DNA of 27,135 bases, taken from the IMG/VR virus record IMGVR_UViG_3300042858_000010, positions 1-27,135 of that record. One strand, given 5' to 3'. The DNA comes from a virus. Lineage: Duplodnaviria > Caudoviricetes. Under the pieces are notes generated by a model, which was not told the origin of the DNA, searched no databases, and saw only the letters and a list, made by a program, of their open reading frames with translations. Both the position numbers and the translations under genes were made by a program. Below are positions 1 to 8,055 of this stretch, piece by piece (position 1 is the first letter of the stretch; each line of letters begins with the position of its first letter).

Positions 1-552
1 TTATAACTCTCTAATCTTCTTTCTCACGAGATCCCTCAGTGCTTCTCCATAGTAGTTCATTAACTCTCGGGCAAATTCTGAGGTGAGGAACTCTACAAAC
101 AAGCCCCGCTTTAGCACTTCTTCTATAATCATTTCTACGGTTCCTTCTGCAAAATTTTCTTTGCTCCATACCCACTTTTGGTGTGGTAGTGGCTTGGAAG
201 GTTTGAGTGGGCTTTCGTTCTCTTCTTCTGTGTTCCTCTTGGGCTTTCTTCTCTTTTGCTTGTTGAATATATCTTCATGCCTCAGGAGTGGCTGGGCTTC
301 TGGTCTTCCTTCTATTCCACAATGCCAGCCCTTCACTACCTCCGCCAGCCATCCCATACTTGCAATCTCATATCCGCCCTTCTTCCACATCTGCTTGGCA
401 TACTCAAAGTCTTCTATGTAGGGGTGTGAAAGCGTACATCCGATGTTGAACTTCTCAAGCGCCTCTTGCGTTTCTCTTGTCATGTCAAGCAACAGATGGT
501 TGGAAAGGATAACTACTTTCTCGTTTTCTCTCTCAAGGAAGTATAGCCACAT
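1..552 (-). CDS. hypothetical protein downstream of the left lysis cassette
   Basis: 183-aa ORF co-oriented with the operon, phage-like K/E-rich composition; no motif recognised. Confidence 0.65.
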   Translation of the reverse strand: MWLYFLERENEKVVILSNHLLLDMTRETQEALEKFNIGCTLSHPYIEDFEYAKQMWKKGGYEIASMGWLAEVVKGWHCGIEGRPEAQPLLRHEDIFNKQKRRKPKRNTEEENESPLKPSKPLPHQKWVWSKENFAEGTVEMIIEEVLKRGLFVEFLTSEFARELMNYYGEALRDLVRKKIREL

Positions 553-1156
553 CTACCAATATCTCCATCGCCCGTCCTCTCCTCGGCGGTATTTGTCTGC
601 ACTTATATATATAAATAAAGGAATATTGGTAGTTGATTTCGCAGGCGTTCCTGTGCTGCTTGCACTCCTTTCCTACCTTCCACACGCACACATTTCCTCT
701 TCTGCAATTTTGCAGGCACTTCTCCCATTCCCACGCACCTGCCCGCCTGCACTCTTGAATAACCCAGTTGCCTCCGTTGTATCGTTGATAGACAATCCAC
801 AGTTGCGGGGCAGGGTTGCTTTTGATGAGCGTGTTCAGGTAGTAGGCAAAGGCGTAAAAGTGGTCTTTTGAATATGGCTTGGTGTAGTCAGGGAACAGTG
901 GTTTCAACAACGGGTCTAAAAACTTTGGCGTTAATTGGAAGTATCCGACTGAACCGTGCCCGTCGGCACTCTCCCTCCACCGACAGCCCGTCTCCTTCTC
1001 AGCGGTAGCTATGTTGTAGTGAGCTGGGTAGTCTTTTGCTATGTATCTTTCTGTTGCTTCCTGTATAGCTGGCTCAAGCTTCAAACACCTGGGATTAGCC
1101 CAGAGCAAAGACGAGACCAATATAGAGCAAAAGAGCAATAGCGTAAATCTTGTCAT
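533..1156 (-). CDS. endolysin, lytic transglycosylase (SLT-like) with N-terminal signal peptide; 3' end possibly frameshifted
   Basis: Motifs AEKETG (catalytic Glu region), GYFQLT and YNGG; hydrophobic N-terminus ending LLWA; follows the holin. Confidence 0.82.
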   Translation of the reverse strand: MTRFTLLLFCSILVSSLLWANPRCLKLEPAIQEATERYIAKDYPAHYNIATAEKETGCRWRESADGHGSVGYFQLTPKFLDPLLKPLFPDYTKPYSKDHFYAFAYYLNTLIKSNPAPQLWIVYQRYNGGNWVIQECRRAGAWEWEKCLQNCRRGNVCVWKVGKECKQHRNACEINYQYSFIYIYKCRQIPPRRGRAMEILVDVAILP

Positions 1157-1373
1157 AAGGGTCTCTCCAGTCGATGAATCCGACTTTTAAAACTCTTGTG
1201 ATATAGTAATAGACCAATCCCGCTGAGGCTAAGGCTACTTTTCTTGCTATTGCACTCAGAAGTGTAGGCTGGTCATAAACATAGACAAAAGCTACAAGCA
1301 TAAACACAATCGCAAGGGCTAAATCAACGCTGTAATGCTCCAGTATTCTTTTGAATAACTCTATTCCTTGCAT
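1095..1373 (-). CDS. putative holin
   Basis: 92 aa with about three hydrophobic segments, between the spanins and the endolysin. Confidence 0.7.
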   Translation of the reverse strand: MQGIELFKRILEHYSVDLALAIVFMLVAFVYVYDQPTLLSAIARKVALASAGLVYYYITRVLKVGFIDWRDPYDKIYAIALLLYIGLVFALG

Positions 1374-1609
1374 GTGTCAATCACCTCCCGGAGAATTTCA
1401 TTCTCTCTCTCAAGTCTAAACATATAGTTCAAAAGGGACTGCAATTTTTCAGTGTAGGGCTGGTCTGGTTTGATAACGGGTCTTTCAGTCTTGGGAACAT
1501 TAGGGACAGGGCATTTCACAATAACTTCTTTTTCTATCACTTGCACTTGTGGCTTGGTGGCACAGGAGAACAGATATAAGCTACTTACTAAAATAAGAAG
1601 ACGCTTCAT
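1361..1609 (-). CDS. o-spanin (Rz1-like lipoprotein)
   Basis: Signal peptide with lipobox LFSC, Pro-rich segment; overlaps the 3' end of the i-spanin gene. Confidence 0.75.
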   Translation of the reverse strand: MKRLLILVSSLYLFSCATKPQVQVIEKEVIVKCPVPNVPKTERPVIKPDQPYTEKLQSLLNYMFRLERENEILREVIDTCKE

Positions 1610-1925
1610 CTATCATCCTCCTTAAAGCCTCGCACTCGTCTATGTCTGTATGCGGTGGGATGTTTATCTGTGGGATGGGTTCTATAGCTTTTTTCAGGAG
1701 GGCGGTATATCTCTGCTCTATCTTCTTTTTGTCAAGCTCGCATTTGCTTTTTAGCTCGGAGTAGAGGCTTGTGTATTTGATGAGGTTTTCTTGTGTGGCT
1801 TTCATTTCAGCTTGGCATTGTGCGAGGGATTGCATGGCTCTAAAGTGTGCTTTGCGTTCGTAAAACCACAAACCGAACAACATTAAGCTTGTTATCATAC
1901 TCACAAAAAACAACGCCTTAAACAT
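1581..1925 (-). CDS. i-spanin (Rz-like)
   Basis: One N-terminal TM helix followed by a coiled coil with Cys residues; upstream of the lipoprotein gene. Confidence 0.72.
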   Translation of the reverse strand: MFKALFFVSMITSLMLFGLWFYERKAHFRAMQSLAQCQAEMKATQENLIKYTSLYSELKSKCELDKKKIEQRYTALLKKAIEPIPQINIPPHTDIDECEALRRMIDEASSYFSK

Positions 1926-2349
1926 ATCTAACCTCTATACTTCTTAATTCCTCTAAAGTCTTTGTATTTCGTATTGCCTGCTTCATCTGTTCGTTCCAGT
2001 CTCGTATTGCTTGTCTTTGCTGTAGCTGTGTTGCGTATTTTCGTTTAAGTCTTTCTACTTCATCCGTGTCTCCAAGTGCTTCTGCTTCAGCTATTCTTAC
2101 TACAATATAGTCAGTCCGTTCAAGAATGCTTGCAACATAGCTTCTCAGTTCTGCAAGTTTCTTTTGCTTTTCTTCTGCGAGTTTTTCTGCTTCTGTCTTC
2201 ACTCTGATTTGTCCGTTGTCAAGCACTACATCATCAAGAGTTTCTACTTCAAGTTCTATAGCTTTAACATTTTGAGGCACTGCTTCAGGTAGTAAGGCAC
2301 AGCAAAGAGTGTTAAGGTCTGGATGTATATATACCCATACCTTCATCAT
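1918..2349 (-). CDS. tail fibre assembly/chaperone-like protein (left copy)
   Basis: Follows the fibre-like gene; LERTDY...RQAIRD pattern typical of fibre chaperones; paralog of 25532..25960. Confidence 0.68.
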   Translation of the reverse strand: MMKVWVYIHPDLNTLCCALLPEAVPQNVKAIELEVETLDDVVLDNGQIRVKTEAEKLAEEKQKKLAELRSYVASILERTDYIVVRIAEAEALGDTDEVERLKRKYATQLQQRQAIRDWNEQMKQAIRNTKTLEELRSIEVRYV

Positions 2350-3032
2350 ACTAACCTCCTGATCAAAACGTAGCCTGAGGCTAATGCAGGAAAAACTAAA
2401 GTTCCAAGCCGCACCCAGTCTATTGTCCTATTTAACCAATCGCAAGAAAAAACTGATAACCACGGAAAACTGCCACCTATTCCCCATGCATCATAAAACC
2501 CTTTTATGTTCTTATACTGTGTAAAATTTGTTATGTAAAAAACAGTATTTGAAAAAGAAAGACCACATCTGAACGCTGAATAGGATGCATAACCTGAATT
2601 TAAACCAGCCGCATTTCTATACACCTCTGCATAAGTAAAATTGTTTGGATAAGTTATATTATTAGGCAATAGAAAAATCGGTTCTACCGACCCTCCAGAA
2701 ACATCACCACTATTACTACAAACCAGATGAACCTCATAACGAGTTCCGCTTTGCGTTCTTGTTCTTAACGGAACAGTTAAGGCATTTGTAAAAATTATTA
2801 CTGCTTCTTCACCGATTTGTAAATCATAATCCGATGCTGCATTTGTTAGATCAATTCGTCTAAAAGTATATACATCACTCTTTATATAGGTCTGACTTAA
2901 ATCAAGCACTCCGTCTGCATTCAAAGGCACTATCACATGCGGCATTGGCGTAAGACTTGCATGAAAACCATCCACCGTATCAGCGTCCGTAACAAGAGAT
3001 GATGTGGAGCTTTTTGAAAGATAGAGTCTCAT
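2346..3032 (-). CDS. fibre-tip/receptor-binding-like protein lacking a baseplate anchor domain
   Basis: From ADTVDGFHASLTP onward it aligns with the C-terminal half of the tail fibre at 24285..25532; only about 16 aa precede that motif. Confidence 0.72.
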   Translation of the reverse strand: MRLYLSKSSTSSLVTDADTVDGFHASLTPMPHVIVPLNADGVLDLSQTYIKSDVYTFRRIDLTNAASDYDLQIGEEAVIIFTNALTVPLRTRTQSGTRYEVHLVCSNSGDVSGGSVEPIFLLPNNITYPNNFTYAEVYRNAAGLNSGYASYSAFRCGLSFSNTVFYITNFTQYKNIKGFYDAWGIGGSFPWLSVFSCDWLNRTIDWVRLGTLVFPALASGYVLIRRLV

Positions 3033-3320
3033 TTATTCCACCTCCATAACTCTAATCTCTTTGTTGTCTGCATACACATAAACTTCAAAGCCGGGCAGGA
3101 AGTTAAAGGAGACGCTGTCTCCGGGCGAGAGTCTAAATCCGTTCGTGTCATCTACTGTGTTGTTCCCGACATAGACCTCTGCATCAGACACGTTCTGAAT
3201 AATCACCCATCTCGCCTCAGGGTCAAGGTCTATCCGCACTCTTCCGTTTATAGTTATAGCCCTTGTCCTTATTATTCTTCTTAAAGTTTCTTGATTTAGC
3301 GGTCTGTATTCATAACTCAT
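3033..3320 (-). CDS. hypothetical beta-rich virion protein
   Basis: 95 aa in a tightly coupled structural operon; alternating hydrophobic strand pattern (VIIQN, VYVG, GFRLSPGDSVSF). Confidence 0.6.
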   Translation of the reverse strand: MSYEYRPLNQETLRRIIRTRAITINGRVRIDLDPEARWVIIQNVSDAEVYVGNNTVDDTNGFRLSPGDSVSFNFLPGFEVYVYADNKEIRVMEVE

Positions 3321-3664
3321 AGTAGCCTCCTTTTTGCTTGTGCCCTGATCAGGGCAAACAGATATATATCGTTGTTTGTATACTCAACAGAGAAGTCCGT
3401 AAGCGGTAGCTTGCTGTAAAGTTTCTGCAAAATCGCATCTATCTCGGACTGAAACTCGTCAAACTGAGAAAGCTTCTTTTTGTGTGCTACGATGATAACA
3501 AAGCTTGAGATTGTGCCAGTTCTGTCTATCTGTTCTCTCTCTAAAAACACACTCATAAGCTTTTGAACATCTGCCCGGAGTTCTTCTGGGTTTTTGTATC
3601 CGAGTGTGTGGGTGTAGTCTGGGAAAAGGGTTTTCAGTTCGTTGTGTAAATCCAAAAGCCTCAT
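3317..3664 (-). CDS. putative tail terminator/neck protein
   Basis: Size and position after the head-completion genes; function from synteny only. Confidence 0.5.
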   Translation of the reverse strand: MRLLDLHNELKTLFPDYTHTLGYKNPEELRADVQKLMSVFLEREQIDRTGTISSFVIIVAHKKKLSQFDEFQSEIDAILQKLYSKLPLTDFSVEYTNNDIYLFALIRAQAKRRLL

Positions 3665-4005
3665 GCCCTTTTCACCTCGTAGGCTTTTGGTGCGGTTCCC
3701 GTTGTAGTCATTGTCTGTGCGTTGAAAAGGTTCTGCAGTTCATTCTGCATTTTGAGATACATATCAGACTTCTCGTAGTATTTACTGTCTTCTGACTGTG
3801 CTAATCTCAGATACAGCCTCCTCAGTGCTACAATCTTTGCATACTCTTTTGCCCACTCAAGCCCTTTGGAGTTGAGATCCTCTGGCTGGACACCGTATAA
3901 GGCTAATATTCTTTCTGTATAAACATTAGCAAAGCTTATATCAGTATCACTTGGGCTTATGGGTTCATCTGCAAAGTCTGCGTTTGTAATAAACACAAAG
4001 CTCAT
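3661..4005 (-). CDS. putative head-tail adaptor (Mu gp36-like position)
   Basis: 114-aa helical protein downstream of the capsid gene; ATGA overlaps with neighbours. Confidence 0.55.
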   Translation of the reverse strand: MSFVFITNADFADEPISPSDTDISFANVYTERILALYGVQPEDLNSKGLEWAKEYAKIVALRRLYLRLAQSEDSKYYEKSDMYLKMQNELQNLFNAQTMTTTGTAPKAYEVKRA

Positions 4006-4442
4006 ATCACGCCCTCCAAAGCTTTCATAAACTCTACAGCCACCCTCTTAGCCCTGTTCTGCAAATTTGCAAAGAAGAAAGGATAGGGCTTGCTACCCGG
4101 ATGGCTGACTTTCTTTCTAAAGATATAACCCTCAGGAGTGGGAATTTTCAAGGCTTTTCTCCGTTTTGGGAGTATGGTGTGCGGTTTTGTCCCAAGCTCC
4201 ACCCACTTAGCATAATCCGCTTGGGCTATGATGCGTGCGGAGTTGTCTGGTGACATATACCATGTTATAGACCTCTGCAAATTGCCTGTGCGAGGCGTGA
4301 AAGCCCGTCCTGCATCTATCCAGTCGTGGATGTCTTCCACATACGTCTCCGCCGCTATCATAACCGCCCTCCTAAGGCTTCTTTCTACTGCGTTTGCTTG
4401 CAGTATCTGCGGGAGTTTCTTGATCTTTAGTTCTATCTTCAT
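4002..4442 (-). CDS. HK97 gp10-like / virion morphogenesis (neck) protein
   Basis: Motifs RTGNLQRSI, YAKWVELGT and HPGSKPYPFF; ATG at 4442 has a GAGGTG SD. Confidence 0.8.
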   Translation of the reverse strand: MKIELKIKKLPQILQANAVERSLRRAVMIAAETYVEDIHDWIDAGRAFTPRTGNLQRSITWYMSPDNSARIIAQADYAKWVELGTKPHTILPKRRKALKIPTPEGYIFRKKVSHPGSKPYPFFFANLQNRAKRVAVEFMKALEGVI

Positions 4443-4599
4443 CTTCAATCACCTCTATTTTGTTCCCATAGATCGCCAATAATCTCCTCAGGAGTTGCTC
4501 GGGCACGGGTTCCACGGACACCCCGTCCTTGAAATCGATAACGCCCCCGGGGAAGTAGAGGGGGCTATCTCCTTGCCATGGAATCCTTACTCTCTTCAT
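4372..4599 (-). CDS. small hypothetical protein directly after the major capsid gene
   Basis: 75-aa ORF starting 2 nt after the capsid stop; basic low-complexity tail. Confidence 0.6.
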   Translation of the reverse strand: MKRVRIPWQGDSPLYFPGGVIDFKDGVSVEPVPEQLLRRLLAIYGNKIEVIEDEDRTKDQETPADTASKRSRKKP

Positions 4600-4601
4600 G
4601 A

Positions 4602-5480
4602 TTAGTTATTCACATTGACTATTTTGGCAACATCCCATTTATTCTTGCTTGCCATAGAGACATACCACTTCAGTCTCCATTTTCTCGCATCCTTGTTCTC
4701 AAGCCTCCCTACTTCTTCTATTACCACACCAGCATTGTCTCCCATATAAACTCCGTGCGTCGCAGTTTGTCCAAGCCTTACAGCATAAACAGAGGTTAGC
4801 CCTGATGTGATAGGGATGTATTCATTTCTGAGAATTGGAATTCCGTTGTAAGCCATGACGGGTCTTCCGAAGTTAGGCAACATCACATGTTCAGGATTTA
4901 CATACAGAGTTCTCAGCAACGCTTTAATGCTGAGATATGTGCGTGGATGCACTATGATTGCGGTGGGTTCTGCTCCAGCTGGGAATTTCTCCAGCAGCTG
5001 ATCTAAAAGCTGGAACGAAATAGGAGCACCGCCTGAACCAGCATCAACTATCATACTCGCATCCACGAACCTGTCAAGCCCGTCAAACTCGTTTGGGTTA
5101 GCTTGGCTTCCTGTGATAAACAACCTCTTGTATGCTCTTACGATAGCTTCAGATGCTGCGAGAGTTTTCTCAAGCACACGGTCTACAAGCTGCTCTACTG
5201 CGGTAGCTTCAAAGTTATAGACTACAACATCTGCGGCGATCATGGAGATTTTGTTCTGCATGACTGTGCCGACCACATCCACCTCGGGAATGGTTCCGTA
5301 TGGGTCTATAACGGATGCTGTAGGCACATCTCCTGTCCTATACCAGCTATAGATGTTTGTAGGGCTTTTGGTGAAGGGCAAGAGGGCAAACAGTTCATCC
5401 TTGTCTGCCATATACTCAATAACTGCCCTCTCTGTAGTTTCTGCGGAAAGCCTGCCTGCTAAAACCTTCAACACGCTCAT
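4602..5480 (-). CDS. major capsid protein (HK97 fold)
   Basis: 292 aa after the scaffold gene; motifs FITG..NPNEFDGL, AIIVHPRT and YNGIPILRNEYIP. Confidence 0.85.
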   Translation of the reverse strand: MSVLKVLAGRLSAETTERAVIEYMADKDELFALLPFTKSPTNIYSWYRTGDVPTASVIDPYGTIPEVDVVGTVMQNKISMIAADVVVYNFEATAVEQLVDRVLEKTLAASEAIVRAYKRLFITGSQANPNEFDGLDRFVDASMIVDAGSGGAPISFQLLDQLLEKFPAGAEPTAIIVHPRTYLSIKALLRTLYVNPEHVMLPNFGRPVMAYNGIPILRNEYIPITSGLTSVYAVRLGQTATHGVYMGDNAGVVIEEVGRLENKDARKWRLKWYVSMASKNKWDVAKIVNVNN

Positions 5481-6052
5481 TATTTAGCACCTCCTAAAAG
5501 TTTTTTCAAAGCTTGCTTAAGTTTCTCTTCAGGGCTTTGCAGTTCTGTCTGTTCTGTAGTGTGCGGAGCACCAGAACCGCCGACCGCCCGCACAAGGAAC
5601 GGGTTCTCATTCAAAAACTTCTCAATAGCAGTATCTACGTCCTCACCATCAATAAGCACCTTGCCCTCCCTGACTTCAATTTTCTTTTCAGCTTTCAGTA
5701 GCTTCAAAGCTTTGTCTGCGTCTATGACCTTGTCTGCAAGTTTGCTCTTGACTTGATATTCAGTCAGCAGTTCTTCTTTTTCTTTTTGCAGTTGCTTGAG
5801 TTGTTCTTTGTATTGCTTTTCTATCTCTTTAGCTTTCTTCCTCTCTTGTTCTAAAGCTTCGTAAAGTTTGCCTTTTTGTTCTAACAATTGTGCTTGCATA
5901 TCATCCCAGCTTTCAAAGCCGAGATATTTTGCCTGTTCATCCAGATGCTTTTTCACAAGTTCTTCCACGTTGACAGTCTCTACTTTTTGTTCAGTCTTTT
6001 GCTGTGCTTGAGTTTGTTCTTGTGTCTGTTGTTCTTGCTTTTCTTCCATCAC
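5480..6052 (-). CDS. capsid scaffolding protein
   Basis: Q/E/K-rich coiled coil ending FLNENPFLV...GGSGA, immediately upstream of the capsid gene. Confidence 0.8.
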   Translation of the reverse strand: MMEEKQEQQTQEQTQAQQKTEQKVETVNVEELVKKHLDEQAKYLGFESWDDMQAQLLEQKGKLYEALEQERKKAKEIEKQYKEQLKQLQKEKEELLTEYQVKSKLADKVIDADKALKLLKAEKKIEVREGKVLIDGEDVDTAIEKFLNENPFLVRAVGGSGAPHTTEQTELQSPEEKLKQALKKLLGGAK

Positions 6053-6297
6053 TTATCACCTCCGCAGTGCTTGTTATACAGCTCTTGTGCTTTAGTTTTG
6101 ATGCTGTCCTCTCCGTGCATGCCAGCCAGTCTTATCGCCGAGCGTAGCATGTAGCAGTTAACGGAGCCGTCCTTGTTCTTATATGGGTATCTACGGTTTT
6201 TCGGGTCAAGGAAGTAGCCTTCGGGTAGTTTTTCTCTTTCGCTTTCTCTATCCAACCACTTCAGTCTGTCAGTCGGTATATTACGAACTTCGGGCAT
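6049..6297 (-). CDS. small phage head-region protein (DUF6582-like)
   Basis: EREKLPEGYFLDPKNRRYP resembles the R..LP..F..P..RKYP pattern (family assignment from recall); first gene of the capsid operon. Confidence 0.6.
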   Translation of the reverse strand: MPEVRNIPTDRLKWLDRESEREKLPEGYFLDPKNRRYPYKNKDGSVNCYMLRSAIRLAGMHGEDSIKTKAQELYNKHCGGDK

Positions 6298-6333
6298 GGG
6301 ATAGAAAGATAGAATTGATGCTTAAAAGTCTTT

Positions 6334-6346
6334 TCGCATTTTGCGA
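6334..6346. promoter_or_regulatory. dyad TCGCA-TTT-TGCGA in the divergent promoter region between the capsid operon and the HTH gene
   Basis: Perfect 5-bp arms centred at 6340, 43 bp from ATG 6297 (-) and 39 bp from ATG 6379 (+). Confidence 0.5.
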
Positions 6347-6375
6347 GGTATGGCGTGCTTATATTTTTACTGTAG

Positions 6376-6645
6376 GTGATGGGATTGCTGCACGATCTTG
6401 ATGATGTGAAAAAGATTGAGAGGGAACTTGAAAAATACGACAGACTTTTTTTGAAAGCGGGGGAGGTAGCAAAGCTTTTAGGTGTTTCACGGAGATTAGT
6501 TCATTACTACTGCCAGCGTGGAGAAATCTTTGCAGTGAAGTTAAGCCCCCGAAAAGAAAGGAAGGGAAAAGGAGGGAGCTGGCTGATTTACAAGGAAAGT
6601 TTGATAGAGTTTTTGCTTAGGCGGAATAACTACGAGGTGTTTTGA
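6376..6645 (+). CDS. excisionase/MerR-type HTH DNA-binding protein; candidate late-gene regulator
   Basis: LKAGEVAKLLGVSRRLVHYYCQRGEIFAVK...SWLIYKESLIEFL is a typical HTH_17-type pattern; start GTG 6376 or ATG 6379. Confidence 0.8.
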   Translation: MMGLLHDLDDVKKIERELEKYDRLFLKAGEVAKLLGVSRRLVHYYCQRGEIFAVKLSPRKERKGKGGSWLIYKESLIEFLLRRNNYEVF

Positions 6646-7271
6646 ATGCGGAGGTCTTTGTTTTCTTTGATCTTGTGTAGCTCGCAGTAGCTTCTAAGTC
6701 TGCTAAGCAGTGCCTCCGGGAGGGCTTTGGCAAGGTCTGAAAAGCTATTGGATGTGATGAAAAGGTATCTTTCCTGCAATTCTGCAAAGTAGAGAATCTC
6801 AATAATTAATTCAAGTCTGGGCTGTGGGAGAGTGGCGATTAAGTCGTCTATCATAAAGCAGTCATAGTCTTTGTATGAGTTGTAAAGCGTCTTTAGGTCC
6901 GGGAAGGCTACGCACGAGAGATAGAGAGGGTTTGAGATTTCTCTATACTGCAAAAGCTTTGCAATCTTCCATGTGCACGCAATACTTTTGCCTACGCCGG
7001 GTTTGCCGTCAAGGATAATGCCTTTTTTCTTTGCTTCTTTAACTTTCTTCAACGCCTCCGTTTCTTTTAGCCCGTTGAAGATTACCTTCAAATACTTTTC
7101 AGGGAAGCCGTTAGCAAGCATCGTGGTATATATTGTCTCCTTGCTAAGTGCCTTAGGCAATACGCTAACCGTCTTTCCTTCTTCCACCATGAAGAAGCTT
7201 TCATACTCGTGAATGTGTGCATCTGGGAATACTGCTTTTACTTCTTCTACACTCTTATACACCTTCCTCAT
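6630..7271 (-). CDS. DnaC/IstB-like AAA+ ATPase (helicase-loader-like)
   Basis: Walker A GKPGVGKS, Walker B FMIDDL, ITSN and LSRL motifs; ATG 7271 with GGAGGTG SD. Confidence 0.8.
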   Translation of the reverse strand: MRKVYKSVEEVKAVFPDAHIHEYESFFMVEEGKTVSVLPKALSKETIYTTMLANGFPEKYLKVIFNGLKETEALKKVKEAKKKGIILDGKPGVGKSIACTWKIAKLLQYREISNPLYLSCVAFPDLKTLYNSYKDYDCFMIDDLIATLPQPRLELIIEILYFAELQERYLFITSNSFSDLAKALPEALLSRLRSYCELHKIKENKDLRIQNTS

Positions 7272-7537
7272 CTCTTCACCTCCTCCCACCACAGGTCTAT
7301 AAGTCTCCATGGGTAGCCTTCGTTGGCGGCTGGCGGTATGAGCTGGATAATGGCGTGCATAATGTATTCTCCTTCTGTGTCTCTGACTCGCACAACGAGT
7401 TTGTATGTTCTGTCGTTGCTGTTAATTGTTTTAATCTCTAAGACTTCCTTCACGCCCTCTACCAGCTCCTCTTTTGCTATCCTAAAAAGCAACCTTCTTT
7501 TCCAGTCTTGTTTTTGTTTATGACCACGGGATTTCAT
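7268..7537 (-). CDS. hypothetical early protein
   Basis: AGGAGG SD before ATG 7537; ATGA coupling to the next gene. Confidence 0.6.
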   Translation of the reverse strand: MKSRGHKQKQDWKRRLLFRIAKEELVEGVKEVLEIKTINSNDRTYKLVVRVRDTEGEYIMHAIIQLIPPAANEGYPWRLIDLWWEEVKR

Positions 7538-7548
7538 CGTCAGTCCTC

Positions 7549-8055
7549 CTACCAAGAGAAGTGGTCGTCTTCGGAACTAAAAGGCTTTTCCTCCTCGCCC
7601 CAGCCCCGTAAGTAGTAGTCCTTGCCTCGTTGGTTGTCAGGGCTACTCCATTCCTTTCCGTTTGCTTTTTTGATGTTTGGTAGGTTCTGGCGGAATTGCA
7701 ATATACCGTTCCACTGTTGGCGGGAGTTCTTAAACGTTTCATAATCTTTTTTCAAACTCTCAATATCCTCTCCGTTTCGTTCGTATATCTCTGCCAGTTC
7801 CCTGAGGTGTTTTCCGATGATGTATTTGTAGTCTGTGAATCTGAAGCTTTCGGGCGGTCGGTTATCCCAAAGTTTCAAATACCACCCCATCAAATGCTGG
7901 AGTTTTTTTCCATCTTTTTCCTCTTCCTCTTCCTTCATTTCCATCTCCAGCCTCGTCTTCAGTTCCATTAGCACTTTGAATGCTTCTCTGATGTTCTTGC
8001 GCATAAGCAACTCTAAAGCTTTGTCTATTTTTTTGAGTATTTGTCTCTCCGTCAT
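7549..8055 (-). CDS. hypothetical early protein, possibly replication-initiator-related
   Basis: 168 aa coupled in the early operon, two genes upstream of the DnaC-like ATPase; function inferred from position. Confidence 0.55.
   Translation of the reverse strand: MTERQILKKIDKALELLMRKNIREAFKVLMELKTRLEMEMKEEEEEKDGKKLQHLMGWYLKLWDNRPPESFRFTDYKYIIGKHLRELAEIYERNGEDIESLKKDYETFKNSRQQWNGILQFRQNLPNIKKANGKEWSSPDNQRGKDYYLRGWGEEEKPFSSEDDHFSW

Larger units (their letters stand above)
735..2985 (-). repeat. left arm of a diverged inverted duplication (partner about 24882..27135 and beyond)
   Basis: Same six-gene order (fibre tip, chaperone, i-spanin, o-spanin, holin, endolysin) on the opposite strand. Confidence 0.9.
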
